Assembly (NCBI GenBank): GCA_905181635.1
Contig: CAJIYM010000004.1
Location: 8,642 to 72,641, forward strand
Length of the DNA stretch: 64,000 nt
Source of the DNA: an uncultured Flavobacteriales bacterium
GTDB taxonomy: Bacteria > Bacteroidota > Bacteroidia > Flavobacteriales > BACL11
Reading direction: 5' to 3'
The translations under genes and the position numbers were made by a program. The stretch's first letter is position 1, and every line of letters begins with the position of its first letter. The notes beneath the pieces were generated by a model. The model did no database searches. It saw only the letters and a program-made list of their open reading frames with translations, and was not told where the DNA came from. Shown piece after piece: positions 54,401 to 62,530 of this stretch.

Positions 54401-57030
54401 TCATAATTAGCAGCAGTTGGGTCAGTACATCCATATACAAGACATGAACCAGTACCTACAACAAATGTACCACCAAGACCTGTTGCATAAACACCATCTA
54501 TAGTATATGATACAGTATATGCTGGATAATAACCAAATGCATCAATAGCAACAAAATCATAACAACCATCTGGTAAACAAAGATCTGCGGCATCACCAGC
54601 ATTACCATTTACTATACCTGATCCAACACCTAAAACAGTAGGATCTCCTTGTAAATTAACAGACCATGATAAGCCATTAAAAGACCAAGGATAATCAGTT
54701 GTACCAACAGTTAAATTAGTAGTAATAGCAATAAAGTTATCTAAACAACAAGAACCATCATCAGTATCAGCAGCTGGATCAAAGTTAGCAGCAGTAGAAT
54801 CAGTACAACCGTAAACGGCACACGCACCAATATTTCCTGAAGCATTACCTCCACCAGTAGCAGGGTCACCTGCAAAAGCTAAAACAGCTCCAGAAGCATC
54901 CGTTAAAGTCCAAGCGTTTTCAGCAGCATATGAACCTGCAGTATAAGTTAAATCTGTACATACAGTAAGATCAAGACATAAAGCAAAATTAGCAACACCA
55001 CCTGTAGCTATAGTGTAATCTACACCATTAACAGTCATGAAACCACCATTCCATCCATCACCGTATGAATCATAAAGATTCAAAGTTACAGCATCAGTTC
55101 CAGCTAAACAAGCACCTGCACAATCAAATCCAGGAGCATTTCCTACGATTCCACTATTATCTCCACCTGAAGCAACAACAGCACCTGAAGCATCTGATAA
55201 TGACCAAGAATTTTCAGAAGAATAAGATCCAGCAGTATAAATAATATCTGTACAAACTGAAAGATCCATACAAAATACGTAAGTATCAGAAGCAGGAGCA
55301 GAACCCAATGTAGGTTGGTCATAAACCACACCATTAATTGTTAATGTACCTCCATTCCAAGTATCTCCATAAGAGTCAGTAAGCGTTAAAGTAACTTCTT
55401 CACCAGATAAACAAGCTCCAGCACAGTCGTAACCAGCTAAAGCATAAGTACATGAACCATCATCAGCAGTTGCATTTACATCATAGTTACAAGCTGTCAT
55501 ATCAACACAACCAGGAACACCATAAGTACATGAACCATCATCAGTGTCAGCATTTGCATCAAAGTTAGCAGCAGTTGGATCAATACATCCAAGAACTGGA
55601 CAAGCTCCAACTTGGAAGCTAGCAAAAGAACCGTCATCATTTAAACCATCAAGAGTATAAGTTACTCCATCAATTGATAATGAACCACCGTTCCAAGAAT
55701 CTCCATATGAATCAGAAAGATTAACAGAATAAACAGCTGGCAATACAATACATCCATCATAACCAGTTACACCACTTGCCATATCAGCTAGAAGATTACC
55801 ATCACAATCAGTGATTGTAAAGCTATTCTCACTAGCATATGAACCTGCAGTATAAACAACTGCATTATCAAGACAAGGATAAACACAAGAACCATCATCA
55901 GCAGTTGCAGCAGCATTATAGTTAGTTGCAGTTGCATCAGTACAACCTAAAACAGCACAAGCACCAACATTTCCTGAAGCATCATTACCAGAAGCAATTA
56001 CATTACCTAAAGCATCAACGACGTCCCATGAATTCTCATAAGACCAAGAGTCAGTAGAAGCATATATAATATCTGTACAAGCTAATAAGTCTATACAAAC
56101 AACCATAGAGCTAGATGCGCCAGCATTAGTAAGCACATTTCCATCAACAGTAATTTGTCCACCACCATCTGAATATGAATCATATAAAGTTACAGTAACC
56201 TCATCTAAATTACAAGAAGGAGCGTAAGTACAAACAGAATAATCCATCACATTTGCAGCAGCATCAAAATTATCAGCAGTTGCATCCATACATCCATAAA
56301 CATCTGAACATGTTCCACAAGTAGCATAAGTATTAGATATATCACCAGAACCAACTACCCATAATCTATTTGCATAAGACCAGTAGTCAGTTATTGGAGA
56401 ACATCCCCATAAATCACCATAAGTATCACCATCAAGATCAGGGTGTGGAGCATTAATTAAATTTTCTTGAACCCCATCAACAACTAATAAGTATTCCATA
56501 TCAGCAGTTGGAGCAGGATCAAAAGTAAAAGTATAAGTACCATTACCGTTATCTACAGCAATTGGTCCACCAGCTGGATCCCAACCCCACCATGGTCCTG
56601 TCATTCTAACTTCTAAAGCAGAACTACAAACACTAGTAGTCATCGTAAGAACGTTTGAAGGAGGAGCGTTAGCCATAATAGAGCCTACCATTGCATAATG
56701 TGGATCACATTGATAATCATAATTACCAGCTGTAGTACAAACCCAAACATAAGAACCCCAAGAATTACCTACAGCACCACTGTAAAGAGAGTAATCAGGA
56801 TTATTAGGAAAAGCTGTAGAATCTCCATTTACATTATGACTACCACTAACAAGTGTAAAAGTAACAGAGTCACCAACATCAATAGTCAAAGCAGCAGGAC
56901 TAAATGAAAAATCAGAAACATCAACATTCCAATTAGTAGCGCTTACAGAGCCAGTAAAAAATACCATAGCAGATGCCATTAAGTAACCTAAGACCTTCTT
57001 AGGATTTATTTTGTCAAAATTTGTCTTCAT
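48469..57030 (-). CDS. Giant (2,853 aa in this frame) acidic, Cys-rich T9SS surface protein. Order: cupredoxin head, GDGWNG modules, two MAM domains and SprB-type repeats.
   Basis: Signal peptide. The plastocyanin-like head shows SGSHNVNG and YQCDPHYAM. About 21 copies of GCTD..A.NYD..A..DDGSC and about 12 copies of DS(Y/F/W)GD(G/S/T)WNG. Two MAM-like domains (CENFD...W.NNGW...GTGP.DDIT.GG.YMYYETSG...IAIDEVCVDE). SprB-like repeats (SYLWSDGQTT...GLSAGTYTCTVTD). It ends at a TGA where the +1 frame continues. Confidence 0.9.
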   Translation of the reverse strand: MKTNFDKINPKKVLGYLMASAMVFFTGSVSATNWNVDVSDFSFSPAALTIDVGDSVTFTLVSGSHNVNGDSTAFPNNPDYSLYSGAVGNSWGSYVWVCTTAGNYDYQCDPHYAMVGSIMANAPPSNVLTMTTSVCSSALEVRMTGPWWGWDPAGGPIAVDNGNGTYTFTFDPAPTADMEYLLVVDGVQENLINAPHPDLDGDTYGDLWGCSPITDYWSYANRLWVVGSGDISNTYATCGTCSDVYGCMDATADNFDAAANVMDYSVCTYAPSCNLDEVTVTLYDSYSDGGGQITVDGNVLTNAGASSSMVVCIDLLACTDIIYASTDSWSYENSWDVVDALGNVIASGNDASGNVGACAVLGCTDATATNYNAAATADDGSCVYPCLDNAVVYTAGSYASENSFTITDCDGNLLADMASGVTGYDGCIVLPAVYSVNLSDSYGDSWNGGSLSIDGVTYTLDGLNDDGSFASFQVGACPVLGCIDPTAANFDANADTDDGSCTYGVPGCVDMTACNYDVNATADDGSCTYALAGYDCAGACLSGEEVTLTLTDSYGDTWNGGTLTINGVVYDQPTLGSAPASDTYVFCMDLSVCTDIIYTAGSYSSENSWSLSDASGAVVASGGDNSGIVGNAPGFDCAGACLAGTDAVTLNLYDSYGDGWNGGFMTVNGVDYTIATGGVANFALCLDLTVCTDLTYTAGSYAAENAWTLTDASGAVLAFAGDPATGGGNASGNIGACAVYGCTDSTAANFDPAADTDDGSCCLDNFIAITTNLTVGTTDYPWSFNGLSWSVNLQGDPTVLGVGSGIVNGNAGDAADLCLPDGCYDFVAIDAFGYYPAYTVSYTIDGVYATGLGGTFVVGTGSCLVYGCTDPTAANYDAAATTDDGSCVPACNDNWVTITCGGGSYASEVSWTLLNSAGTVVLTGGAPYSSDVCLPSDCYTIDMVDSYGDGWNGNVFDISMGGVSIGSGTINTGTNATAQVSLGAVCYVYGCMDTLAVNYDAAATADDGSCSYACTAAPYCENFDAGTGTWTNNGWVNDAGGTGSSGTGPTDDITVGGFYMYYETSGTPATPISITSECLDISSLAAPTLSFYNHMLGGSIGTLNVYVNGNVEWTMSGDQGNQWNFVQVDLSAYGGQNVTITIEATYGGSFTGDIAIDEVCVDELIVISGCTDPTALNYDASANNDDGSCTYCTGTFVSLQMSDSFGDGWNGATWTATGSNTGTVYGPFTIASGASAMEMICMDDDCYDIVAGGGTWDSEVAWFVTDPSGATIASGGAPYSNNMSINTFCPTYGCTDTLALNFDSIADTDDGSCAYICDVYVASGSVDAVPSCNGASDASATAYISGTFGADSYLWSDGQTTSTATGLSAGTYTCTVTDGSANGCSSVTTVVIDVTPTINIVGFIADATPGNSNGTVDLTIDGGTPCYNGAAMSLGGASSTSTQWASNVFDVVATSDLQITSIDQPSMAGIGTADVYYRLGSGSGFEADPSGWMLAGSAPILANVMGDLSSIPVAINLTAGETVCIYVQGVGVNLVFGAGVDSTYNSVVSSDANLAIIGGFATGGAPGAGTTYPSAGSYDFGGNLNYSLSSYTYAWSDGQTTEDASGLGLGPISVTVTDCNGCTGSWSGFVLTNYVYGCIDTLASNYDPAANTSWDLDTTGATAACLFDGCTDAAATNYDVTANNDDGSCVFNCAYYGWDDELTITMTPDWYSSEASWYIIDAFSGDTASSSVPYANGGAIDVTTLCATDGCYYIDGYDSFGDGWGTNSSLDVVDAAGNSLISFTLGASTTYATSPIFTVGAANCSQGCMDSVSINFDANAAIDDGSCTDTIIGCTDVTASNYTQYSNVDDGSCCYDNTVSIAVGGGSYLSEVGWTLSLDTVVIASGGAPYAADLCLVDGCYTVDMTDSWGDGWNGSTFDVDGIALGGLTSGSAGSFTFAVGTGSCAIYGCTDTLASNYDATATDDDGSCCLDGFAGITTGIDYFGTAYQWSFNSLSWTVNLLGDTNFVGVGSTLYGGTSTGDDADLCLPDGCYEFVATDASGWIGAYAWFDINGTMYTAIPGVTSFVVGNATCPIQGCTDSLASNYDATATYDDGSCTYPCLDTEVAMNLYDSFGDGWNGATWTITDANAAVVATGGLASGAFELGTLCLVDGCYSITVGGGTYDAEITFDFAGLVGATVGTYDVYIGVGACPILGCTDSTAMNFDPLADTDDGSCILACTVAPYCENFDGVLVDWTNNGWTLDAFGTGSSGTGPSDDITGGGNYMYYETSGLAAGTPNIILSSLCLDVSALASPALTFYNHMYGASMGTLEVLVNGTSVWSQSGDQGNQWNLAQVDLSAYAGNMNITIDFVGIYGTSFTGDMAIDEVCVDEYVVLPVYGCTDSTATNFDAAADTDDGTCTYPCLLDEVTLNLYDSWGDGWNGGTMTVNGVVYTQSAGIAANAAEPFVICVDLTSCTDLIYTAGSYSAENSWDVTDASGAVLASGPNASGQVGNGCPVYGCTDPTAANYDAAADTDDGSCDYLGCTNPTATNYDATATIDDGSCVFGCTLDEVTLVLTDSYGDTWNGGTLTIDGVTYDQPTIATGGASDTYTNICIDLTVCTDIIYTAGSYSAENSWEVFDASGALIASGGDNSGTVGSGCPVYGCTDPTANNYDASANTDDGSCTYCTDNVVLYTAGSYAYENTFTITDCNGNVLVSGDGSTGYDACVDLGTDYSVNLVDTYGDSWNGGSLSIDGVSYTLDGINDDGASASFQVGFCAVDGCTDMTAFNYDPLANTDDGSCIAVVNGCTDVTQFNYDANANTDDGSCIPFTYGCTDPAATNYNSNVNSDDGSCVVLGCTDPLYVEYDATATK

Positions 57031-57509
57031 AATACAAGTTTTTGTTAATAAAAGGGTTAATTATATGTAAAAAGCCACTGCATTTTATTGCATTGACTAT
57101 GTTACCGAGATTTAAATACGCGAAAAAATCACACCTTGAAAGATATGAATTTAGAATCAGTTTAACCTGATAAAAATGGGTTTTCGTCATAATTTTTTGT
57201 TGTTTTTGTCGTAAAACAAGATTGTAAAAATAGTAAAAAAAAATTAAATACTTCATTTTAGAACAAAAAGAATTGAGTTATTAACATGTGATCTTTAATA
57301 ACCTATATTAGTAAACACATTTAATAATAAATACGAAATTTGATCATAATTAGTTTCAGAATCTAATAGTAATGTATAATCAAATATAATTTAATTCAAA
57401 ATATATTAATCCAACAATAGTTAAAACATAAAACTATAAAATAACGTAAAGTATATAGAAAAACATGCCGTGATAGTTTTTGTATATTTGCAAAATAATG
57501 AAATACAGG

Positions 57510-60500
57510 ATGAAAAAAATAATTACATTACTAATAATAATTAGCTTATCTAATATAAGTTATGGTCAGCAGCTGAATAACTTAACAGTCACAAATATCA
57601 ACGATAACAACGTAACGCTTAATTGGGATAGTGGAAATTGTACCACTAATAGCTACTCTTTAGCTTATAAAGAATCTTCATCTTCTCAATGGCCAACTTC
57701 AATAAGTATACCGGACTCAATTGGTTCAATCAGCTACAACCTATTTAACCTATCTCAAACCACAACATATAACTGGAGAGTAAAATGTTCATCAGATTCA
57801 TCATGGACTAATGGGACAGACTTCACCACCTTAATCAGCAATTGTAATAAAAGTTTAGATCAACATCTTAACGGATTTAATCCTAACCCTGTTTATGGAC
57901 TTTGGGTGTGGTCAACCGACACATTAAGCATAACCAATACTGGTAATTGTGACTTAAGAATTCGTCCTGAATTTGAAATATTTCATGACAGCTTAACAAT
58001 TGGTGCCAACGATTTTGATTTAAAATGGTACAACCCCTACATAGGGAACTGGCCGGACATTCCATATTATATTAATACAGATGGAAATGCAGTTGGGTTT
58101 TGGGGGTTCGGATCAGACTCTACTGGAACACAAATAACGCAAGGTACGGAGCAACAAATAATAGTAAAAATAAGATTTAGAACAAATGCTAATCTAGGGA
58201 CATATTCAGCAAACTGGATTACCCAAGAGGTTGATTCTTCTGGAAACTTTCTACAAACATTATCAGATAAAGATTCTAGTTCAATTAGTTTAGCAGATTG
58301 TTCTATTTTCAATATTGATAGTTCTTACAGCTCAAACATAACATGTTTCAATAATAATAATGGTTCTGCAGCAATAGTATCAATAAAAAATGGGAGCAAC
58401 GAATACTTATATAACTGGAGTAATGGAGATACATCAAATACTTCCAATAACCTGCAAGCAGGAAACTATTACTGCATAGTAACTGATAAAAATTGGCAAC
58501 AATGTAGCGATAGTATAGGGTTTACAATCTCAGAACCAAATGAATTAACTTCATCATATACTCAAACTAATGTAAGCTGTTACGGCACTAATGATGGTGG
58601 AGCTATAGTCAGCTTTTTTGGAGGAGCATCAGGATCTTCTACTGGAGATACTAATTATATTCTAGGCTGGGCTGGTACAGCACAACCGGTTTACTTACCA
58701 TTCCCACAAACTGTTTTTAATACAAGTTTATTACCTTCTCCCTACAATTCAGTTCCTGCAGGCATATATCCTTACACTGTAACTGATCTTAATAGTTGTA
58801 CAATATACGATACCATTACAATTACTGAACCGGATAGCTTATATGCCAGCTACACATCTTCCAATTACAATGGATATAATCTAGCTTGTTTTGGAGATAA
58901 TAATGCTACAATAGACATTCAAATCAATGGAGGTACTGCCCCATTTAACAATTACTTAAATAGCACATTACAAATCGGACTTAGCATGAATAATCTATCA
59001 GCAGGAAACTATACCGACTCTATTGTGGATTTTAATGGATGTCATTCAATTACTATCATTATTTTAACTGAACCATCTCAATTAATCAATACACTAAACC
59101 CAATAGATATAAGTTGTTACGACTTATGTGATGGGGAAATTTACAGCTCAATATCTGGGGGTGTATTTCCATATTACTACTTATGGACAAATACTCAAAC
59201 TACACCAAATATTTCAAACCTATGCTCTGGAAATTATTCACTTACATTAACAGATGAAAATGGTTGTATTGAAAATACTCCAACGACAACAATTAATATG
59301 CCTAATGATATTTCAATCTCATTAGATTCTATTTTAAACATTAGTACTTACGCTGGAAATAATGGATATATTTATATTACAGCTAATGGTGGAAGTGGTA
59401 CATTTAACACAAACTGGACTAGCGATAATAACTACTCATCTACTAATAATGATATATTAAATCTTTACGCAGATATTTATTACTTAGAAGTAATAGATGC
59501 TAACTTATGCTCATATTCAGATACTTTTGAGCTATTACAGCCATCATCATTGTGGCTAAGTATTGATGCTGTTGTTATTCCAAATTGTTATGATTCTTGT
59601 AATGGAGCAATTACTATTTCCGCTCAAGGAGGAGATTCTACATATACGTATTTATGGACAGGACCAAATGGTTTTACATCAGTCAATAACAATATAAATA
59701 ACCTTTGTGATGGTGAGTATATCATTTTTATTGATGATGGAATTACTATTTTGATTGATACGTTAAATATTTATCAACCTCAACCAATAACTACACTTCT
59801 TTCTGTGGATTCTATTGTTTGCCACAATGGTACAGTACAAGCACAAATCAATGTCTGGGGAGGAACTCAACCCTTAACATATTCTTGGTCGAATGGAGAT
59901 GCGAACTATTACACAACAATTAGTTCAGGCAATTACTCAATTGATGTAAGCGATATAAATGGATGTTCCTACTCTGAGTCATTCTCAATTTCAAATCCTG
60001 ATTCAATTTTCACTCAAACAACTAGTGAAAATATTAGTTGTTTTGGAGGTAATAATGGAAATATCAGCATCAACATAATAAATGGAGGAATCTCTCCTTA
60101 TAATTTTTCTAATGACAATGGAGTAAATTATCAAGTCTCAAATACTTTTACTAACTTAACTGCTGGGTATTATTCTTTTTTGATTTCTGATAACAATGGG
60201 TGTTTAGGCTCTGCTTCTGCAGAGTTAATAGAACCTTACGCCATAACCAGCAATACATCATCCACAGATGTCAGTTGCTACGGTTATTGCGATGGCAGTC
60301 TTAATGCAACTGCTTTAGGAGGTACTTCTCCATATTCTTTCTCATGGGACAATGGAACAAGCAACCTATGCGCAGGATTTTACAATGTAATAATAACCGA
60401 CACAAATGGATGTATAAATTCAAATACTGCAATTATAAATGAACCCAACCCTTTATTAATTAACATCTCTTTAGATGGGAATAATATTATAGCTACTAGC

Positions 60501-60914
60501 GGATTTACATCTTATCAATGGTATGACGATAATAATATTCTAATAAATGGAGCAACAGATTCAATATTTAGCCCACCAGGGATGTCATCTTATTATGTAA
60601 CAGTAACAGATATAAATGGATGCTCAAACAGCTCTTACTCTATTGATTATACAATTTCTTCAATTGAAAATTATTCTTCAGGTATAAATATATTTCCCAA
60701 TCCGAATAATGGTAAATTTACAGTTACCTCAGAATATGGCATAAAAACTATTAGTATATATAATACAATCGGAAATGAACTATATTCAGTTAACAATAAG
60801 GCAAATAAGATTACACAAACAAAAGTAGATTTAACTAATTTTGCTAATGGAGTTTATTTTATTAAAATTAACATAAATAACCAGATTATTAATCAAAGAA
60901 TAATACTTCAATAA
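57510..60914 (+). CDS. T9SS-secreted SprB-repeat adhesin-like protein
   Basis: Start moved to MKKIITLLIIISLSNISYG (ATG 57510), because a -7 box TATATTTG (57483..57490) lies inside the track ORF. It has an N-terminal FN3-like domain and about 10 SprB-type repeats (C.G..DG......GG..PY.Y.W......L..G.Y...V.D..GC). C-terminal sorting domain INIFPNPNNGKFTV...GVYFIKININNQIINQRIILQ. Confidence 0.85.
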   Translation: MKKIITLLIIISLSNISYGQQLNNLTVTNINDNNVTLNWDSGNCTTNSYSLAYKESSSSQWPTSISIPDSIGSISYNLFNLSQTTTYNWRVKCSSDSSWTNGTDFTTLISNCNKSLDQHLNGFNPNPVYGLWVWSTDTLSITNTGNCDLRIRPEFEIFHDSLTIGANDFDLKWYNPYIGNWPDIPYYINTDGNAVGFWGFGSDSTGTQITQGTEQQIIVKIRFRTNANLGTYSANWITQEVDSSGNFLQTLSDKDSSSISLADCSIFNIDSSYSSNITCFNNNNGSAAIVSIKNGSNEYLYNWSNGDTSNTSNNLQAGNYYCIVTDKNWQQCSDSIGFTISEPNELTSSYTQTNVSCYGTNDGGAIVSFFGGASGSSTGDTNYILGWAGTAQPVYLPFPQTVFNTSLLPSPYNSVPAGIYPYTVTDLNSCTIYDTITITEPDSLYASYTSSNYNGYNLACFGDNNATIDIQINGGTAPFNNYLNSTLQIGLSMNNLSAGNYTDSIVDFNGCHSITIIILTEPSQLINTLNPIDISCYDLCDGEIYSSISGGVFPYYYLWTNTQTTPNISNLCSGNYSLTLTDENGCIENTPTTTINMPNDISISLDSILNISTYAGNNGYIYITANGGSGTFNTNWTSDNNYSSTNNDILNLYADIYYLEVIDANLCSYSDTFELLQPSSLWLSIDAVVIPNCYDSCNGAITISAQGGDSTYTYLWTGPNGFTSVNNNINNLCDGEYIIFIDDGITILIDTLNIYQPQPITTLLSVDSIVCHNGTVQAQINVWGGTQPLTYSWSNGDANYYTTISSGNYSIDVSDINGCSYSESFSISNPDSIFTQTTSENISCFGGNNGNISINIINGGISPYNFSNDNGVNYQVSNTFTNLTAGYYSFLISDNNGCLGSASAELIEPYAITSNTSSTDVSCYGYCDGSLNATALGGTSPYSFSWDNGTSNLCAGFYNVIITDTNGCINSNTAIINEPNPLLINISLDGNNIIATSGFTSYQWYDDNNILINGATDSIFSPPGMSSYYVTVTDINGCSNSSYSIDYTISSIENYSSGINIFPNPNNGKFTVTSEYGIKTISIYNTIGNELYSVNNKANKITQTKVDLTNFANGVYFIKININNQIINQRIILQ

Positions 60915-60955
60915 TTTTTCATAATTTGGCGAACAGAACAGAAAACATTAATACG

Positions 60956-62530
60956 ATGATAAAAAGAACATTATTTTCAGTTGCAATTTTACTTTTTACA
61001 GTTACAATTTCAGCTGATACAGCTTTAAATGATACTACAAAAACTAAAGACTTAATAGCCTATACTTGGGAGCCTATTTCAGATGTAGATAAAGTGCTCC
61101 AATACGAAAACACCAAAGATATTTCTAAACGCTCTATTGATCAATCAAAGTTAGCAGGCACACACTACGTAGCAGCTGTTGAACTGATGAAAAATAAAGA
61201 ATACCCTGCGGCTATAAATGAGCTTAAAAGCGCAATGAAAAGATACAAAAGAGCTAAATTAAGTGATAATGCCTTAAATTATCTTAGAGCGAATATGGCA
61301 TTATCATATTCAAGTACTGGAAATAAGGAAGATCTAGCTGTAAGTAAAAGATTTTTAAACTTAATTACTTCAAAGTTATATTCTGACAAAAAATGGACTT
61401 ATAATGTTGCTATAGCGCATTACAAAACAGGTAATACTAATGAAGCTGCATCTTTACTAAGTTCAGCAATAAGAAAAGATGAATTTTATTTTCAGGCATA
61501 TATAACTCTAGAAGATATTTACAGAATTTCTGGAAATGATCAGGATGCTGATAAAGTGATTGAAAGAATGCAAAAAGCTGAAGAAAAATTAATTCAACAA
61601 AGCCAAAAAAAATCATCACAAGCTAAAGGAAGCAAAAAAAATAAGAATAACAAAAAAGATATCTTTATTCCAACTGGCAAAAAACCAGATGTAACAAATC
61701 TTCAAATTGCAAAAAAAGATGATCACCTTCAATTTAATAAAATTGACAAGATAAATGAAAGAGGTATGATTCAAATTCAGGAGGGAATTGGAGAGTATGA
61801 TATTGGAGTAGCAGCCTTATCAAGCAAAGAATATAAAACAGCTCAAACTCATCTTAAAAATTCAGAAAAAAGATTAAAAAGAGGAAAGGTAACTGAAGAT
61901 GGATTAAATTTTACAAGAGGAAATTTAGCAATTGCTTATCTAGCTACTGGAGAAAGGAGAGGAGTTGGACAGGCAAAACGTTATTTAAGATCATTAACTC
62001 CAAAACTATATAAATCCATAAAGTGGACATATAATATAGCAGTTGCTCAATATGCTTTCGCTTCCGCATCAAGAGGTACAACAAAAGATGAATACCTAAA
62101 AAACTCTATTAAACTTTTCCAAAAAACTATTAAACAGGATAAATTATTTTTACCTGCTTATGAAAATTTAATTTATGTATATAAAGAGTTGAATGAAGAT
62201 AAAAAAGCCATAAATATTTCTAATTCACTTAAAAAAGCAAGGCTAAAATTAATGCAGTCATTCAGTAGAGAAGATCAATTAGCTCAAGGTGGTGAAGCTT
62301 ATATATTTAGATTAAATCTAGGAACTTTTGGGGAGTTTGATACTCCAGTAGATTTATTTGAAGAAGAATATTTAATTACTGTACCTATAACAGAACAGAA
62401 AACTGCTTATCTTGCTGGAATGTTTTATAGCCTAGATCAAGCAAAATCATATCAAGAAACAATGAAAAAAGAAGGCTATTTAACATCTTTTATTGTAGCA
62501 TTTAGAGATGGTGAAAAACTAGATTTTTAA
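60956..62530 (+). CDS. Exported protein with two TPR-like repeat blocks, a Lys-rich linker and a C-terminal SPOR-like domain
   Basis: Start chosen at MIKRTLFSVAILLF (ATG 60956). There is an internal duplication (KEYPAAINELKSAMKRYKRAKLSDNALNYLRANMALSY versus KEYKTAQTHLKNSEKRLKRGKVTEDGLNFTRGNLAIAY). The C-terminus YIFRLNLGTFGEFDTP...YLAGMFYSLDQAKSYQETMKKEGY is SPOR-like. Confidence 0.5.
   Translation: MIKRTLFSVAILLFTVTISADTALNDTTKTKDLIAYTWEPISDVDKVLQYENTKDISKRSIDQSKLAGTHYVAAVELMKNKEYPAAINELKSAMKRYKRAKLSDNALNYLRANMALSYSSTGNKEDLAVSKRFLNLITSKLYSDKKWTYNVAIAHYKTGNTNEAASLLSSAIRKDEFYFQAYITLEDIYRISGNDQDADKVIERMQKAEEKLIQQSQKKSSQAKGSKKNKNNKKDIFIPTGKKPDVTNLQIAKKDDHLQFNKIDKINERGMIQIQEGIGEYDIGVAALSSKEYKTAQTHLKNSEKRLKRGKVTEDGLNFTRGNLAIAYLATGERRGVGQAKRYLRSLTPKLYKSIKWTYNIAVAQYAFASASRGTTKDEYLKNSIKLFQKTIKQDKLFLPAYENLIYVYKELNEDKKAINISNSLKKARLKLMQSFSREDQLAQGGEAYIFRLNLGTFGEFDTPVDLFEEEYLITVPITEQKTAYLAGMFYSLDQAKSYQETMKKEGYLTSFIVAFRDGEKLDF

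Noticed and set aside
51441-55334. Track ORFs of 60-85 aa inside or antisense to the giant gene (51441..51632, 52860..53105, 53808..54035, 55143..55334; also 56698..56907 on the plus strand)
   Set aside because: They are Leu/Val/Met/Gln-rich, low-complexity out-of-frame readings of the highly repetitive G/T/D/S codon usage of the 2,853-aa ORF. They have no starts with promoter context and no recognisable motifs.
57014-57256. 80-aa minus-strand ORF overlapping the start of the giant gene, plus other short ORFs overlapping real genes (795..1007, 5474..5683, 6946..7179, 14595..14870, 30636..30842 and others)
   Set aside because: They overlap strongly supported genes or AT-rich intergenic DNA. 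Their translations are low-complexity (Ile/Leu/Phe/Lys/Asn-rich), as expected from chance ORFs in roughly 30% GC DNA.
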